From positions 2,254-66,253 of the forward strand of contig CAZADG010000003.1 of assembly GCA_964483865.1 (NCBI GenBank): a DNA stretch of 64,000 nucleotides, written 5' to 3'. The notes under the pieces are model-generated. The model did no database searches and had not been told where the DNA came from. It was given only the letters and a program-made list of their open reading frames with translations. The position numbers and the translations under genes are program-made. Below are positions 31,062 to 43,827 of the stretch, piece by piece (position 1 is the stretch's first letter; every line of letters begins with the position of its first letter). Source of the stretch: an uncultured Mycobacterium sp. (lineage in GTDB: Bacteria > Actinomycetota > Actinomycetes > Mycobacteriales > Mycobacteriaceae).

Positions 31062-31646
31062 ATGACTGCACCCGCCGTCCTGAACGCCGCCGAACTGCGC
31101 GCCCTTCTTGCCGCCCCGGTGCCCCCGCGGATCATCGACGTCCGGACACCGGGCGAATTCGAGACCATCCACATCGCCGGGGCCTACAACGTGCCATTGG
31201 ACCTGCTGCGCGAGCACAGCGAGGAGATCCGTAGCCACCTCGACGAGCATGTGGTGCTGGTCTGTCAGTCCGGACAGCGGGCGGCCCAGGCCGAGGAGGC
31301 ACTGCGCAACGCCGGATTGGCCAACGTGCACATTCTCGACGGCGGCATGAGCGCCTGGGAGGCAGGCGGCTATTCGGTCAACCGCGGCGCCAGACGCTGG
31401 GATCTGCAGCGCCAGGTCCGATTCGTTGCCGGCACCATCGTCGCGTTGAGCATCCTGGCCAGCATCGTTGTGCCGGGTCTGAAGTGGCTGGCGTTCGCGG
31501 TAGGCGCCGGGTTGAGCATCACCGCGGTGACCAACACCTGTCTGATGGGCATGTTGCTGGCCAAGTTGCCCTACAACCGCGGGCCGCGCTGCGATGCCCA
31601 GTCGGTGGTCGCGCGTCTGGTCGACCCTGAGCCGACCCGGAGGTAG
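31062..31646 (+). CDS. Rhodanese-domain membrane protein (YgaP/DUF2892-like)
   Basis: IDVRTPGEF, CQSGQRA active loop, LDGGMSAW, C-terminal TM with TNTCLMGMLLAKLPYN. Confidence 0.9.
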   Translation: MTAPAVLNAAELRALLAAPVPPRIIDVRTPGEFETIHIAGAYNVPLDLLREHSEEIRSHLDEHVVLVCQSGQRAAQAEEALRNAGLANVHILDGGMSAWEAGGYSVNRGARRWDLQRQVRFVAGTIVALSILASIVVPGLKWLAFAVGAGLSITAVTNTCLMGMLLAKLPYNRGPRCDAQSVVARLVDPEPTRR

Positions 31647-31651
31647 GGGAG

Positions 31652-34282
<2,631 letters not shown>

Positions 34283-34388
34283 CGACGTCTCCTGCGAGGA
34301 CTTGTAACCGGCGGTACCGCAATCTTTCCGGCCAAAGTTGACGGCTGTCAAGTTTCCATCCTGGCCCGGCGTGGTGCAAGGTGAACGG

Positions 34389-35027
34389 GTGAGCGCACCG
34401 CAGCAGTCCGGCGAGGTGCCGCGCCGCCGCGGTGACCGCCAGCGGCACGCCATCGTGCAGGCGGTTCGGGAACTGCTCACCGAGAAGCCGTTCGCAGAAC
34501 TATCTGTCAGCACCATCAGCGACCGTGCGGGTGTCGCCCGATCCGGCTTCTACTTCTACTTCGACTCCAAGTACGCCGTGCTGGCCCACATCCTGGGCGA
34601 GGTCGCCGACGAACTCGAGGACCTCACCGGAGACTTCGCGCCTCGCGGCGACGATGAGACACCCGCGGTGTTCGCCAAGCGGATGATCGGCAGCGCCGCA
34701 GCGGTCTACGCCCACAATGATCCGGTCATGTCCGCGTGCAACATCGCCCGCAGCACCGACGCTGAGATTCGCGAGATACTCGACCGCTACAACGATCTGG
34801 TCATCGACCAGATCGTGCCGCTGGTCGAGGCCGAGATCCACAACGGCACCGCCGCCCCGGTCACCGATGATGTTCGCGGTCTGGTTCGGGTCCTCGTCGG
34901 TGCCACCGCGATGACGTTGTCGGGGGAGTCGATGTTTTCCGGGCCCGACCGCGATGTCCAGAGCGCAGTCGCGGTCCTGGAGAAGCTGTGGTTGCATGCG
35001 CTGTGGGGCGACCGGGCCGGCGACTGA
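34389..35027 (+). CDS. TetR family regulator (Rv3058c-like)
   Basis: LSVSTISDRAGVARSGFYFYFDSKY. Confidence 0.9.
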   Translation: MSAPQQSGEVPRRRGDRQRHAIVQAVRELLTEKPFAELSVSTISDRAGVARSGFYFYFDSKYAVLAHILGEVADELEDLTGDFAPRGDDETPAVFAKRMIGSAAAVYAHNDPVMSACNIARSTDAEIREILDRYNDLVIDQIVPLVEAEIHNGTAAPVTDDVRGLVRVLVGATAMTLSGESMFSGPDRDVQSAVAVLEKLWLHALWGDRAGD

Positions 35028-35033
35028 TCGCCC

Positions 35034-36047
35034 TCACGCTGTCCGCCTGACCCGCTGGCCGACCGCCCGTTGCCGATGACGCAGTCGCCGGTCGCTGCCG
35101 AGCAGTTCGTCGGGGAAGTGCTCGTCGAGCCAGGCCTGGTTGTAGAGGGTGTCGAGGTATCGCTCGCCGAAGTCCGGGGCCAGCGCCACCGCGGTCAGTC
35201 CCTGCCCGTCGCGCTCCTCGAGCCAGCGCAGCGCACCGGTGACCACCGTTCCAGTCGACCCGCCGAACAGAAATCCGTTGCGCGCCATCCGATGACAGGC
35301 CCGGATGGCATCGGGCTCCTCGACGAACAGCACGTCATCGACGAAGCTCTCATTCAGCATCGGTGGACGAAAACCCATCCCCAGGCCGGGGATCATCCGC
35401 CGACCCTCGGGGCCGCCGAAGCTGGCCGACCCGGCCGCGTCGATCCCAACGACGGTGACATGCGGGTGCCAGTCTTTCAGGTAGCGGGCACAGCCCATCA
35501 GGGTGCCGGTCGTGCCGGCACCGACGAACAGCACGTCCAAATTCGGAAACTCCCGCAGGATGGCCGGTGCGGTAGTGCGGTAGTGCGAGCGCCAGTTGTT
35601 CTGGTTGGCGTACTGGTCCAGCCACACGTACCGGCGGTCGGTCTCGCACAGTTCGCGGATGAACTCCAGTCGGGCGGCCAGGAAGCCGCCCTTCGGCGCG
35701 GGTGTGGTGATGGTGTGCACCTGCGCGCCCAGCGCCTCCATGAGCCGCTTCGTCGTCTCGTTACAGCGGGCATCGGTCACGCAGACGAAGGGATACCCCT
35801 TGCTCGCCGCGATCATGGCCAGCGCGACACCGAGGTTGCCCGACGAGGACTCGACCAGGATCGAGTCCGGTGCCAGTCGACCGTCCCGTTCGGCGGCCTC
35901 CACCATCTCGTTCGCCGGCTTCAGCTTGACCGAACCGGCAAGATTGAGCCCCTCGCACTTGAGGTACAACGATCGGCCGAAGACGGCGCGCAGGTCGACA
36001 TAGAGATCGTCCTGATTGAACTGCTGGGGGGCTGAAATGACACTCAT
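35034..36047 (-). CDS. SbnA-like PLP enzyme (cysteine synthase family)
   Basis: LKCEGLNLAGSVKLK, ESSSGNLGVAL, WLDQYAN, GAGTTGTLMG, RMIPGLG, GGSTG, PDFGERYLDT. Confidence 0.88.
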   Translation of the reverse strand: MSVISAPQQFNQDDLYVDLRAVFGRSLYLKCEGLNLAGSVKLKPANEMVEAAERDGRLAPDSILVESSSGNLGVALAMIAASKGYPFVCVTDARCNETTKRLMEALGAQVHTITTPAPKGGFLAARLEFIRELCETDRRYVWLDQYANQNNWRSHYRTTAPAILREFPNLDVLFVGAGTTGTLMGCARYLKDWHPHVTVVGIDAAGSASFGGPEGRRMIPGLGMGFRPPMLNESFVDDVLFVEEPDAIRACHRMARNGFLFGGSTGTVVTGALRWLEERDGQGLTAVALAPDFGERYLDTLYNQAWLDEHFPDELLGSDRRLRHRQRAVGQRVRRTA

Positions 36048-36153
36048 CGTGTCGTCCTCTCTGCGAACGCCGCCGTTCAGCGGCTAGGTTGCGCTGCGGC
36101 GCAACCACTGTGAATTGGCTGCAGCTGCTCCGAGATTCAGGCTGCTGGCCGCC

Positions 36154-36272
36154 GATGAGACTTCAGTGAGCCAAAAATGTGCGTCTTCTCATCAACCGAG
36201 AGCGCACTTGATGAGAGCCCACTCATTTTCGGCTCACTAACGGTTCACAACGGTTCCCCAGATTTGGGGAAC
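36154..36272. promoter_or_regulatory. Structured divergent promoter region: 31-bp inverted repeat plus 11-bp-phased repeats
   Basis: Arms 36165-36195 and 36208-36238 match at 25/31; TGAGA/TGAGC/TGTGC at 36156/36167/36178 and CTCAT/CTCAC/TTCAC at 36222/36233/36244. Confidence 0.6.
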
Positions 36273-36313
36273 GTCGCACCCGACGCCTCACCCATCAGAA
36301 CAGGAGTACGCGC

Positions 36314-36880
36314 ATGCCTCGGAACACCTCGACAGTCACTGCCTCCGATGTCCGGTTGTACTGGCCGACAGAACTTTCCGAGTCGGAACGTCATGAACTG
36401 CTCGGGCTTTACGACGAGGTTGCCCGTCACGAGGGCACACACGGTTACTCCGGATCGATCGCCGACACGGTCGGGCGCGCGATCGTCGACGGCGATGCCG
36501 ATGCCCTCGCCGGCGGGCAGATCCACATCCTGCTGGCCCGTGACGTCGACGGTCTGGTGGGCAGTCTGATCCTGCAGCCCTTCGTGTCCCAGGCCCGCCG
36601 GCACACCGTCAACGCTAAGCGTGCCGTCGTCGCACGGCGGGCCCGCGGGACGTTCTTCCCGCTGATGTTCCGCGAGGCGGTCCGCAAGTCCGTCGCCATC
36701 GGCGCAGAGATCGTCACCCTCGACGTGGCCGCCGACGGGCCGGTGGCCCTGTGGAAATCGCTCGGCTTCCAGCAGTATGGGGTGCTGCCCGACTATGCCC
36801 GACGTGACGGCAAGCCTGTGGAGGGCTACTTCCTGTACCTGCGCCTGCTGGACGCCGCCGACCCCGGGCAATGGAGTTGA
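36314..36880 (+). CDS. GNAT family acetyltransferase (Ttr-like)
   Basis: CAGGAG RBS; VVARRARG, TLDV...LWKSLGFQQYGVLPDYA C-terminal GNAT pattern. Confidence 0.75.
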   Translation: MPRNTSTVTASDVRLYWPTELSESERHELLGLYDEVARHEGTHGYSGSIADTVGRAIVDGDADALAGGQIHILLARDVDGLVGSLILQPFVSQARRHTVNAKRAVVARRARGTFFPLMFREAVRKSVAIGAEIVTLDVAADGPVALWKSLGFQQYGVLPDYARRDGKPVEGYFLYLRLLDAADPGQWS

Positions 36881-38124
36881 GCGTGGTGAGCATTCCCACT
36901 GCAGTGCAGCGCAAAAACTTTCGGCTCTTCCTTGCCAGTCAGGTCGCCGCGCAGTCGGGAACCTGGCTGCAGTTCGTCGCGGTCGCCTGGCTGGCCGGCC
37001 AAAGCACCGGCAGTGGAACCGCCCTGGGCTGGGTGGCGGTTGCGACGTTCGGACCGCTGCTGGTGCTGGGACCGTGGTCGGGGGCACTCGCCGACCGGAT
37101 GGCCAAACGTCGGCTGCTTCTGGTGACCCAGGTGCTGATGGCCGCCCAGGCCGTCGCACTCGGCGTCGCCGTTCTGGCGGGGTGCACGGGCATGCCGGTG
37201 ATTTACGCGCTCACCCTCGTCTACGGTCTGGTCCACGCCGGTGAGGCACCGGTCCGACGCGCGATGGTCGCTGAGATCGTCGATCCGCAGGACATTCCAC
37301 GCGCGGTGAGTTTGACCAATGTGGTGGCCGCCTTGGGGCGGGTACTCGGGCCGTTGGGCGCGGGCGCGCTGATCGCAACGGCCGGAATCGGCTGGTGCTT
37401 CGTCGCCACCGCAGTCAGCTACCTGCTGGCGCTGGTCATGCTGTTGCCGATCGACGACGAGGCCGCGCACGCTGCTGGATCGCAGGGCGAACCAGGCGCG
37501 GTACACGCGGGACTGCGCTACGCCTGGCGCAACAGCGACATGCGCGTCGCGCTCATCCTGACCGCCGTGGTGGCCACCTTCGGGTTCAACCACCAGGTAT
37601 TGGTGCCGCTGCTGGCCGCCTCGACTTTCGGCGCCGGTGCGACGGGCTACACAGTGCTCTACACCGCGATCAGCCTGGGGGCGGTGCTGGGCGCGCTAGC
37701 GGTGGCCCGGCGCCGGGACGTCCCGCTGTCACTGCTGGTGCGCGCCGCCGCCGCGTTCGCCGTGGCCAACGGTCTGTTGGCTGTCGCCCCTAACCTGGTC
37801 TTGGCCGTCGCGGCCGGCTTCTGCGCGGGTGCCACCGCGCTGCTGTTCGTCACCGCGGCGGTCGCATTACTGCAGCAGCAATGCGTACCGGGCATGCGCG
37901 GGCGGGTGATGGCGCTGTTCGCCATGGTGCTGATGGGTGGCATCCCGATCGGCGCGCCGATCGTGGGTGCGCTGGCCGACCTGGCCGGCCCGCGGGTCGC
38001 GGTCGCGGCGGGTTCGCTGGCGACGGTGCTCGGCGTCGCCTACGCGATCCGGCACTGCGCTGCTCGCGTGTCGAGACGGTCGACCCGGCGGCCCCGCTGG
38101 CTAGTGTCGACGGATGCTGGGTGA
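36871..38124 (+). CDS. MFS transporter (EntS/DUF894-like exporter)
   Basis: NFRLFLASQ, GALADRMAKRRLL motif A, about 12 TM segments, MRGRVMAL. Confidence 0.9.
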   Translation: MELSVVSIPTAVQRKNFRLFLASQVAAQSGTWLQFVAVAWLAGQSTGSGTALGWVAVATFGPLLVLGPWSGALADRMAKRRLLLVTQVLMAAQAVALGVAVLAGCTGMPVIYALTLVYGLVHAGEAPVRRAMVAEIVDPQDIPRAVSLTNVVAALGRVLGPLGAGALIATAGIGWCFVATAVSYLLALVMLLPIDDEAAHAAGSQGEPGAVHAGLRYAWRNSDMRVALILTAVVATFGFNHQVLVPLLAASTFGAGATGYTVLYTAISLGAVLGALAVARRRDVPLSLLVRAAAAFAVANGLLAVAPNLVLAVAAGFCAGATALLFVTAAVALLQQQCVPGMRGRVMALFAMVLMGGIPIGAPIVGALADLAGPRVAVAAGSLATVLGVAYAIRHCAARVSRRSTRRPRWLVSTDAG

Positions 38125-38986
38125 CTTGAGCGGTAAGCGTGTGCTGGTGACCGGTGCGGCCAGTGGGATCGGCCGGGCGGTCGCGTTGCGGTTGGCCCGC
38201 GGCGGCGCCGCGCTCTATCTGACCGACCGCGACGTGGACGGACTTGCCGCCACCGTCGCCGACGCGCGGGCCATCGGCGCAGAGGTGCGCGAACACCGCG
38301 CGCTGGACGTCTCCGACTACGAGGCCGTCGCCGCGTTCGCCGCTGACATCCACGCCGGCACGGTCGTGATGGACATGGTGTTCAACGTGGCCGGGGTGTC
38401 GGCCTGGGGGACCGTCGACCGGCTGACCCACCGGCATTGGCGCAGCATGATCGACATCAACCTGATGGGCCCCATCCACGTGATCGAAACCTTCGTGCCG
38501 CCGATGGTGGCCGCCGGACGTGGCGGCAATCTGGTCAATGTGTCCTCGGCGGCCGGATTGGTGGCATTGCCCTGGCACGCCGCTTACAGCGCCAGCAAAT
38601 ACGGCCTGCGCGGGCTTTCGGAGGTGCTTCGCTTCGACCTCGCCCGGCACCGCATCGGCGTCTCGGTGGTGGTACCCGGTGCCGTTCGCACCCCCCTGGT
38701 CCAGACCGTGGAGATCGCCGGGGTGGACCGGGACGACCCGCAGGTTCAGCGCTGGGTACGACGGTTCAGCGGGCACGCGGTCTCCGCGGATACCGCTGCG
38801 GCGAAGATCCTCGCCGGGGTCGCGCGCAACCGCTTCCTGATCTACACCTCACCGGACATCCGGGCGCTCTACGCGTTCAAGCGATTCGCCTGGCTGCCCT
38901 ACAGCGTGGTCATGAAGCAGGTCAACGTGCTCTTCACCCGCGCGCTCCGGCCCGGATCCGCCCGGGGGCTGCCGCCGGCCGATTGA
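38114..38986 (+). CDS. Short-chain dehydrogenase (Rv3057c-like)
   Basis: TGAASGIG, NVSS, YSASK. Confidence 0.92.
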   Translation: MLGDLSGKRVLVTGAASGIGRAVALRLARGGAALYLTDRDVDGLAATVADARAIGAEVREHRALDVSDYEAVAAFAADIHAGTVVMDMVFNVAGVSAWGTVDRLTHRHWRSMIDINLMGPIHVIETFVPPMVAAGRGGNLVNVSSAAGLVALPWHAAYSASKYGLRGLSEVLRFDLARHRIGVSVVVPGAVRTPLVQTVEIAGVDRDDPQVQRWVRRFSGHAVSADTAAAKILAGVARNRFLIYTSPDIRALYAFKRFAWLPYSVVMKQVNVLFTRALRPGSARGLPPAD

Positions 38987-39101
38987 GGGGCCGGCGTTGT
39001 CGGTGGCCGGTGCTAGACCTGTCCTGGCGTGTTGTGAGATGCGACACGCCGGAGCGGACACCACCGAAAGCCTTACGACCAGGGAATTTCACAATTGTTA
39101 T

Positions 39102-39149
39102 TCGGAACATGTTGTATCTCTTCGCTCAATGAGCCACTAGGTGTAGTGT
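39102..39149 (+). promoter_or_regulatory. Tandem NrdR boxes upstream of nrdHIE
   Basis: TCGGAACATGTTGTAT (39102, degenerate) and CCACTAGGTGTAGTGT (39134), 32 bp apart. Confidence 0.7.
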
Positions 39150-39255
39150 TTCAGGCGCCGGCTGGCCCGCGATTTGCGGGTCAGCCGGGACCACCGGAAC
39201 CGCCTTCCGTCCCGGCCATTTCTTCGCCCCGTTTCGCTGAGGAGCCACACCGCAG

Positions 39256-39513
39256 ATGACCATCACCGTCTACACCAAGCCCGCCTGCGTGCAGTGCAAT
39301 GCCACCTACAAGGCCCTCGACAAGCAGGGCCTGACCTACGAGATCGTGGACATCACCGAGGTTCCGGATGCCCGGGACTACGTGATGGCGCTGGGCTACC
39401 TGCAGGCCCCGGTGGTCGTCGCCGGCGGTGAGCACTGGTCGGGCTTCCGCCCCGACCGCATCAAGGCGCTCGCTGGCGCCGCCCAGTCCGACGCAGCTGC
39501 CGCCAGCGCTTAA
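39256..39513 (+). CDS. nrdH: Glutaredoxin-like NrdH
   Basis: [16 protein letters not shown]. Confidence 0.97.
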   Translation: MTITVYTKPACVQCNATYKALDKQGLTYEIVDITEVPDARDYVMALGYLQAPVVVAGGEHWSGFRPDRIKALAGAAQSDAAAASA

Positions 39514-39518
39514 CGGCC

Positions 39519-40019
39519 ATGGACTCGGACGGCGCAGGCCCGGCGCGAGTGGTGTACTTCTCCAGCGTTTCGGAGAACACCCACCGCTTCGTGCAGAAGC
39601 TGGGGCTGCCAGCCATTCGGATTCCACTGCACGGCCGTATCGAGGTGGACGAGCCTTACGTCCTGATCCTGCCGACCTACGGCGGCGGCCGGGCCAACGG
39701 CCCGGACCCCGATGCCGGGGGCTACGTCCCCAAACAGGTCATCGCGTTTCTGAACAACGAACACAACCGATCGCTGATCCGCGGTGTGATCGCGGCCGGC
39801 AACACCAACTTCGGCGCCGAGTTCTGCTATGCGGGCAATGTCGTGTCCAGCAAGTGCGGGGTGCCGTATCTGTACCGATTCGAACTCATGGGAACCACCG
39901 ACGACGTTTTCGCCGTCCGAGAGGGCTTAGCTCAATTCTGGGCTCAAATCCGGGAGGACGCCGACGTCCAAGAGAGGGAAGACACGTGCCACCAACCGTC
40001 ACTGCTGCAGAGCCGGTAA
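39519..40019 (+). CDS. nrdI: Class Ib RNR flavodoxin NrdI
   Basis: [31 protein letters not shown]. Confidence 0.97.
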   Translation: MDSDGAGPARVVYFSSVSENTHRFVQKLGLPAIRIPLHGRIEVDEPYVLILPTYGGGRANGPDPDAGGYVPKQVIAFLNNEHNRSLIRGVIAAGNTNFGAEFCYAGNVVSSKCGVPYLYRFELMGTTDDVFAVREGLAQFWAQIREDADVQEREDTCHQPSLLQSR

Positions 40020-42169
40020 CCCAGACCTCCGCGCACGCCGCCGCGCATGCGCTTCCGGGGGAGACGGACTACCACGCGCTCAACGCGATGCTCAACCTGT
40101 ACGGGCCCAACGGCGAGATCCAGTTCGACAAGGACGTGCTCGCCGCCCGCCAGTACTTCTTGGAGCACGTCAACCAGAACACCGTCTTCTTCCACAACTA
40201 CGACGAGAAGCTCGACTACCTGATCCGGGAGAACTATTACGAGCGTGAGGTTCTCGACCAGTACTCGCGCAACTTCGTCAAGACCCTGATCGACCGCGCA
40301 TACGCCAAGAAGTTCCGGTTCCCGACCTTCCTGGGGGCGTTCAAGTACTACACCTCGTACACGCTGAAGACTTTCGACGGCAAGCGCTACCTGGAGCGCT
40401 TCGAGGACCGCGTGGTGATGGTGGCCCTGACCCTGGCCGCCGGTGACACCACACTGGCCGAGCAACTGGTCGACGAGATCATCGACGGCCGGTTCCAGCC
40501 GGCCACCCCGACGTTCCTCAACTCCGGCAAGGCCCAGCGCGGCGAGCCAGTGAGTTGTTTCCTCCTTCGCATCGAGGACAACATGGAGTCGATCGGCCGC
40601 TCGATCAACTCCGCGCTGCAACTGTCCAAGCGCGGCGGTGGAGTTGCGTTGCTGCTGAGCAACATTCGCGAGCACGGCGCCCCGATCAAGAACATCGAGA
40701 ACCAGAGCTCCGGGGTCATCCCGATCATGAAGTTGCTGGAGGACTCGTTCTCCTACGCCAACCAACTCGGGGCTCGCCAGGGCGCCGGTGCGGTCTACCT
40801 GCACGCCCACCACCCCGACATCTACCGGTTCCTGGACACCAAGCGAGAGAACGCCGACGAGAAGATCCGGATCAAGACCCTCAGCCTGGGTGTGGTGATC
40901 CCGGACATCACCTTCGAGTTGGCCAAGCGCAACGAGGACATGTACCTGTTCTCGCCGTATGACGTCGAGCGCGTCTACGGGGTCCCGTTCGCCGACATCT
41001 CCGTCACCGAGAAGTACTACGAGATGGTCGACGACGCCCGCATCCGCAAGCACAAGATCAAGGCCCGGGAGTTCTTCCAGACGCTGGCCGAGTTGCAGTT
41101 CGAGTCTGGCTACCCGTACATCATGTACGAGGACACCGTGAACCGGGCCAACCCCGTCGCCGGCAAGATCACCCACTCCAACCTGTGCTCGGAGATCCTC
41201 CAGGTGTCCACGCCGTCGACGTTCAACGACGATCTGTCCTACTCCCATATCGGCAAGGACATCTCGTGCAACCTCGGCTCGCTCAACATCGCCAAGGCGA
41301 TGGACTCGCCGGACTTTGCCCAGACCATCGAGGTGGCCATCCGGGCGCTGACCGCCGTCAGCGACCAGACCCACATCACCTCGGTTCCGTCCATCGAGAA
41401 GGGCAACAGCGAGGCCCACGCGATCGGGCTTGGGCAGATGAACCTGCACGGATACCTCGCGCGTGAGCGGATCTTCTACGGCTCCGAAGAGGGCATCGAT
41501 TTCACCAATATCTACTTCTACACCGTGCTCTACCATGCGCTTCGGGCGTCGAACCGGATCGCCATCGAACGCGGCACGACGTTCAAGGGCTTCGAGAATT
41601 CCAAGTACGCCAGCGGTGAGTTCTTCGACAAGTACACCGACCAGGTGTGGGAACCGCAGACCGATCGGGTCCGAAAGCTGTTCGAGGACGCCGGCATCCG
41701 CATTCCCAACCAGGACGACTGGCTGCGACTGAAGGAGTCGGTGCAGGCCAACGGCATCTACAACCAGAACCTTCAGGCGGTTCCGCCGACCGGGTCGATC
41801 TCCTACATCAACCACTCGACGAGTTCCATCCACCCGATCGCGTCGAAGGTCGAGATCCGCAAGGAAGGCAAGATCGGCCGCGTCTACTACCCGGCGCCGT
41901 ACATGACCAACGAGAACCTGGACTACTACCAGGATGCGTACGAGATCGGCTACGAGAAGATCATCGACACCTACGCCGCGGCCACCCAACACGTGGACCA
42001 GGGTCTGAGCCTCACCCTGTTCTTCAAGGACACCGCGACCACGCGCGACGTCAACAAGGCGCAGATTTACGCCTGGCGTAAGGGAATCAAGACGCTGTAC
42101 TACATCCGTCTTCGGCAGATGGCGTTGGAGGGCACTGAGGTGGAGGGTTGCGTCAGTTGCATGTTGTGA
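39986..42169 (+). CDS. nrdE: Class Ib ribonucleotide reductase alpha subunit
   Basis: [29 protein letters not shown], terminal CVSCML; GTG 39986; no intein-sized insertion. Confidence 0.98.
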   Translation: MPPTVTAAEPVTQTSAHAAAHALPGETDYHALNAMLNLYGPNGEIQFDKDVLAARQYFLEHVNQNTVFFHNYDEKLDYLIRENYYEREVLDQYSRNFVKTLIDRAYAKKFRFPTFLGAFKYYTSYTLKTFDGKRYLERFEDRVVMVALTLAAGDTTLAEQLVDEIIDGRFQPATPTFLNSGKAQRGEPVSCFLLRIEDNMESIGRSINSALQLSKRGGGVALLLSNIREHGAPIKNIENQSSGVIPIMKLLEDSFSYANQLGARQGAGAVYLHAHHPDIYRFLDTKRENADEKIRIKTLSLGVVIPDITFELAKRNEDMYLFSPYDVERVYGVPFADISVTEKYYEMVDDARIRKHKIKAREFFQTLAELQFESGYPYIMYEDTVNRANPVAGKITHSNLCSEILQVSTPSTFNDDLSYSHIGKDISCNLGSLNIAKAMDSPDFAQTIEVAIRALTAVSDQTHITSVPSIEKGNSEAHAIGLGQMNLHGYLARERIFYGSEEGIDFTNIYFYTVLYHALRASNRIAIERGTTFKGFENSKYASGEFFDKYTDQVWEPQTDRVRKLFEDAGIRIPNQDDWLRLKESVQANGIYNQNLQAVPPTGSISYINHSTSSIHPIASKVEIRKEGKIGRVYYPAPYMTNENLDYYQDAYEIGYEKIIDTYAAATQHVDQGLSLTLFFKDTATTRDVNKAQIYAWRKGIKTLYYIRLRQMALEGTEVEGCVSCML

Positions 42170-42215
42170 TGGCTTGCCGCTGACGGGGAATCTCGTGGCG
42201 ACCTCCTAGATTCCC

Positions 42216-42593
42216 TCAAGGTTTCTTCGCCCGTACCGCCTTCAGTCGACGTTGCTCGGCCAGCACGGCCTGGTAGCCGGCGCGCTCGGCCACCAGCCAC
42301 TCCGGGCTCTCGGTGAGCAGCGCATCGATCTGCTCGGAGGTGAGCGCCTCGGTGATGCCGGCACGGGCCAGGGCGGCGATCGAAATGCCCAGCTTGGCTG
42401 CGACCAGATTTTTCGGATGTGGCCCGTGCTTACGGAGATCTTTGAGCCATTGCGGTGGGTCCGCCTGCAGCGTGGTCAACTCGTCGCGGGTGATCGCGCT
42501 CTCCCGAAACTCCGCCGGAGTTGCGGGCAGGTACACATCCAACTTCTTGGCCGCCGTGGCGGGCTTCATGGACTGTGAGTTCGGCCTGCTCAT
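42216..42593 (-). CDS. DUF5997-like conserved actinobacterial protein
   Basis: QSMKPATAAKKLDVYLPATP...GPHPKNLVAAKLGISIAAL. Confidence 0.8.
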   Translation of the reverse strand: MSRPNSQSMKPATAAKKLDVYLPATPAEFRESAITRDELTTLQADPPQWLKDLRKHGPHPKNLVAAKLGISIAALARAGITEALTSEQIDALLTESPEWLVAERAGYQAVLAEQRRLKAVRAKKP

Positions 42594-42634
42594 AGTGTGA
42601 GCTTATCGACGGCGACCATCGGTAGCCTGAAGCG

Positions 42635-43351
42635 GTGACCCCCTCCGCGCTCACCCTCGGGTATGTGCCCGGCGGGACGCCGGCGAAGTGGGCGCAGATC
42701 TGGACCGAACGTCACCCCGAGGTCCCGCTGCGACTGCACCCCGTGTCGGCGGCAGACGCGGCCGATGAGGTGCGGGCCGGCACCATCGACGTGGCATTGC
42801 TCCGACTGCCTACCGACACCTCCGCACTGGCGGTCATCCCTCTCTACGATGAGGTGACGGTGGTGGTGGTGCCGACGGATCACCTGCTGTGTGCCGCCGA
42901 CGAGGTCACCTCCGCAGATCTCGATGGCGAGCCGATCCTGCTGCCAGCCGACGACGTCGTCGGTTGGGCGGACGCTCCCGGCACTCCGATCGATCACCGA
43001 CCTGAGACCACCATGGCTGCAATGGAACTCGTCGCCGCAGGGTTGGGCGCACTCATCGTGCCGCAATCGCTGGCCCGGCTTTATCACCGCAGGGACCTCA
43101 CCTACCGACGGATGGTCGACGCCCCGAGTTGCCCTGTCGCCCTTGCCTTCCCGGAAGGCCCGCAGTCGGCGCAGGTCGACGAGTTCATCGGGATCGTGCG
43201 GGGTCGTAAACCCGGCTCATCGCGCGGCCAGTCTCAGCCGGCGCCGAAGCGCACCGCACGAGAGAAGGCTTTAGCCAAGCAGGCCGCCCGCGCCGCTGCG
43301 GGGAAGTTGGCCCGCAAGCCGGGGAGGACCGGGCGCGCTCGGCCTCGATGA
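42635..43351 (+). CDS. LysR substrate-binding domain protein lacking an HTH
   Basis: LGYVPGGTPAKW, DVALLRLP, LVAAGLG...VPQSLARL, basic tail. Confidence 0.8.
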   Translation: MTPSALTLGYVPGGTPAKWAQIWTERHPEVPLRLHPVSAADAADEVRAGTIDVALLRLPTDTSALAVIPLYDEVTVVVVPTDHLLCAADEVTSADLDGEPILLPADDVVGWADAPGTPIDHRPETTMAAMELVAAGLGALIVPQSLARLYHRRDLTYRRMVDAPSCPVALAFPEGPQSAQVDEFIGIVRGRKPGSSRGQSQPAPKRTAREKALAKQAARAAAGKLARKPGRTGRARPR

Positions 43352-43380
43352 CCGCAGGCAAGCCCTGAAGGTGGCCGCTG

Positions 43381-43827
43381 TCAGAACAGCTGATAGGCCT
43401 GCCGCGCGATCGTGAACCCGTGTCCGCTCTGCAGGTCCCGGCAGGTCATACCGGATTCGTTGCTGGTGCAACGCAATACGCCCGCCGTGATCGACTCGCC
43501 GTAGGCCAGTACGCCACTGTGGTTGTAGGCGGTGTCGCCCGCGCAGACGATCTGCGCTGGTTGGCCGGGCGTCACGATGATGCCCTGTCCGTAGCCGGTG
43601 GATGATGGGCAGTTAGTGGGTCGGGGTGGAGGAGACCAGTCTCGCTGCTGAATATCGCAACGTGCCGAGGACGGATGGATCATGCACCCGATATTCATCG
43701 ACGGCGAGGTGAAGCCGGTCCAGTCGTCCACCACTCGGTCGGCGCGCACGGGGGTGGCCAGGACGAAACCAACACTGAGCGCCGCGCCTGCGACAAGCAG
43801 GCCGCCCTTCACCGCTCCCACGTCCAC
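43381..43827 (-). CDS. Secreted six-Cys domain protein (DUF6636-like)
   Basis: Signal peptide ending VRA, FTSPSMNIGC...CAGDT...LAYG...CTS...GMTC; start approximate (GTG 43812-43827). Confidence 0.75.
   Translation of the reverse strand: MDVGAVKGGLLVAGAALSVGFVLATPVRADRVVDDWTGFTSPSMNIGCMIHPSSARCDIQQRDWSPPPRPTNCPSSTGYGQGIIVTPGQPAQIVCAGDTAYNHSGVLAYGESITAGVLRCTSNESGMTCRDLQSGHGFTIARQAYQLF

Noticed and set aside
36154-36272. CRISPR array or IS ends
   Set aside because: Only one inverted pair and short phased words; no repeat-spacer periodicity, cas gene or transposase.
39428-39985. Long N-terminal extension of NrdE (possible fusion or intein)
   Set aside because: An alternative frame across nrdH/nrdI; the GTG 39986 start gives a normal-length NrdE. 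The same applies to the ORF-track extensions of HypA, HypF, CYP136, FecB and the reductase.
39944-41992. 682-aa antisense ORF over nrdE (likewise 54302-55525 over ctaD and 32624-34384 over cyp136)
   Set aside because: Shadow frames expected from high GC3 codon bias; no motifs, and fully overlapped by well-supported genes.
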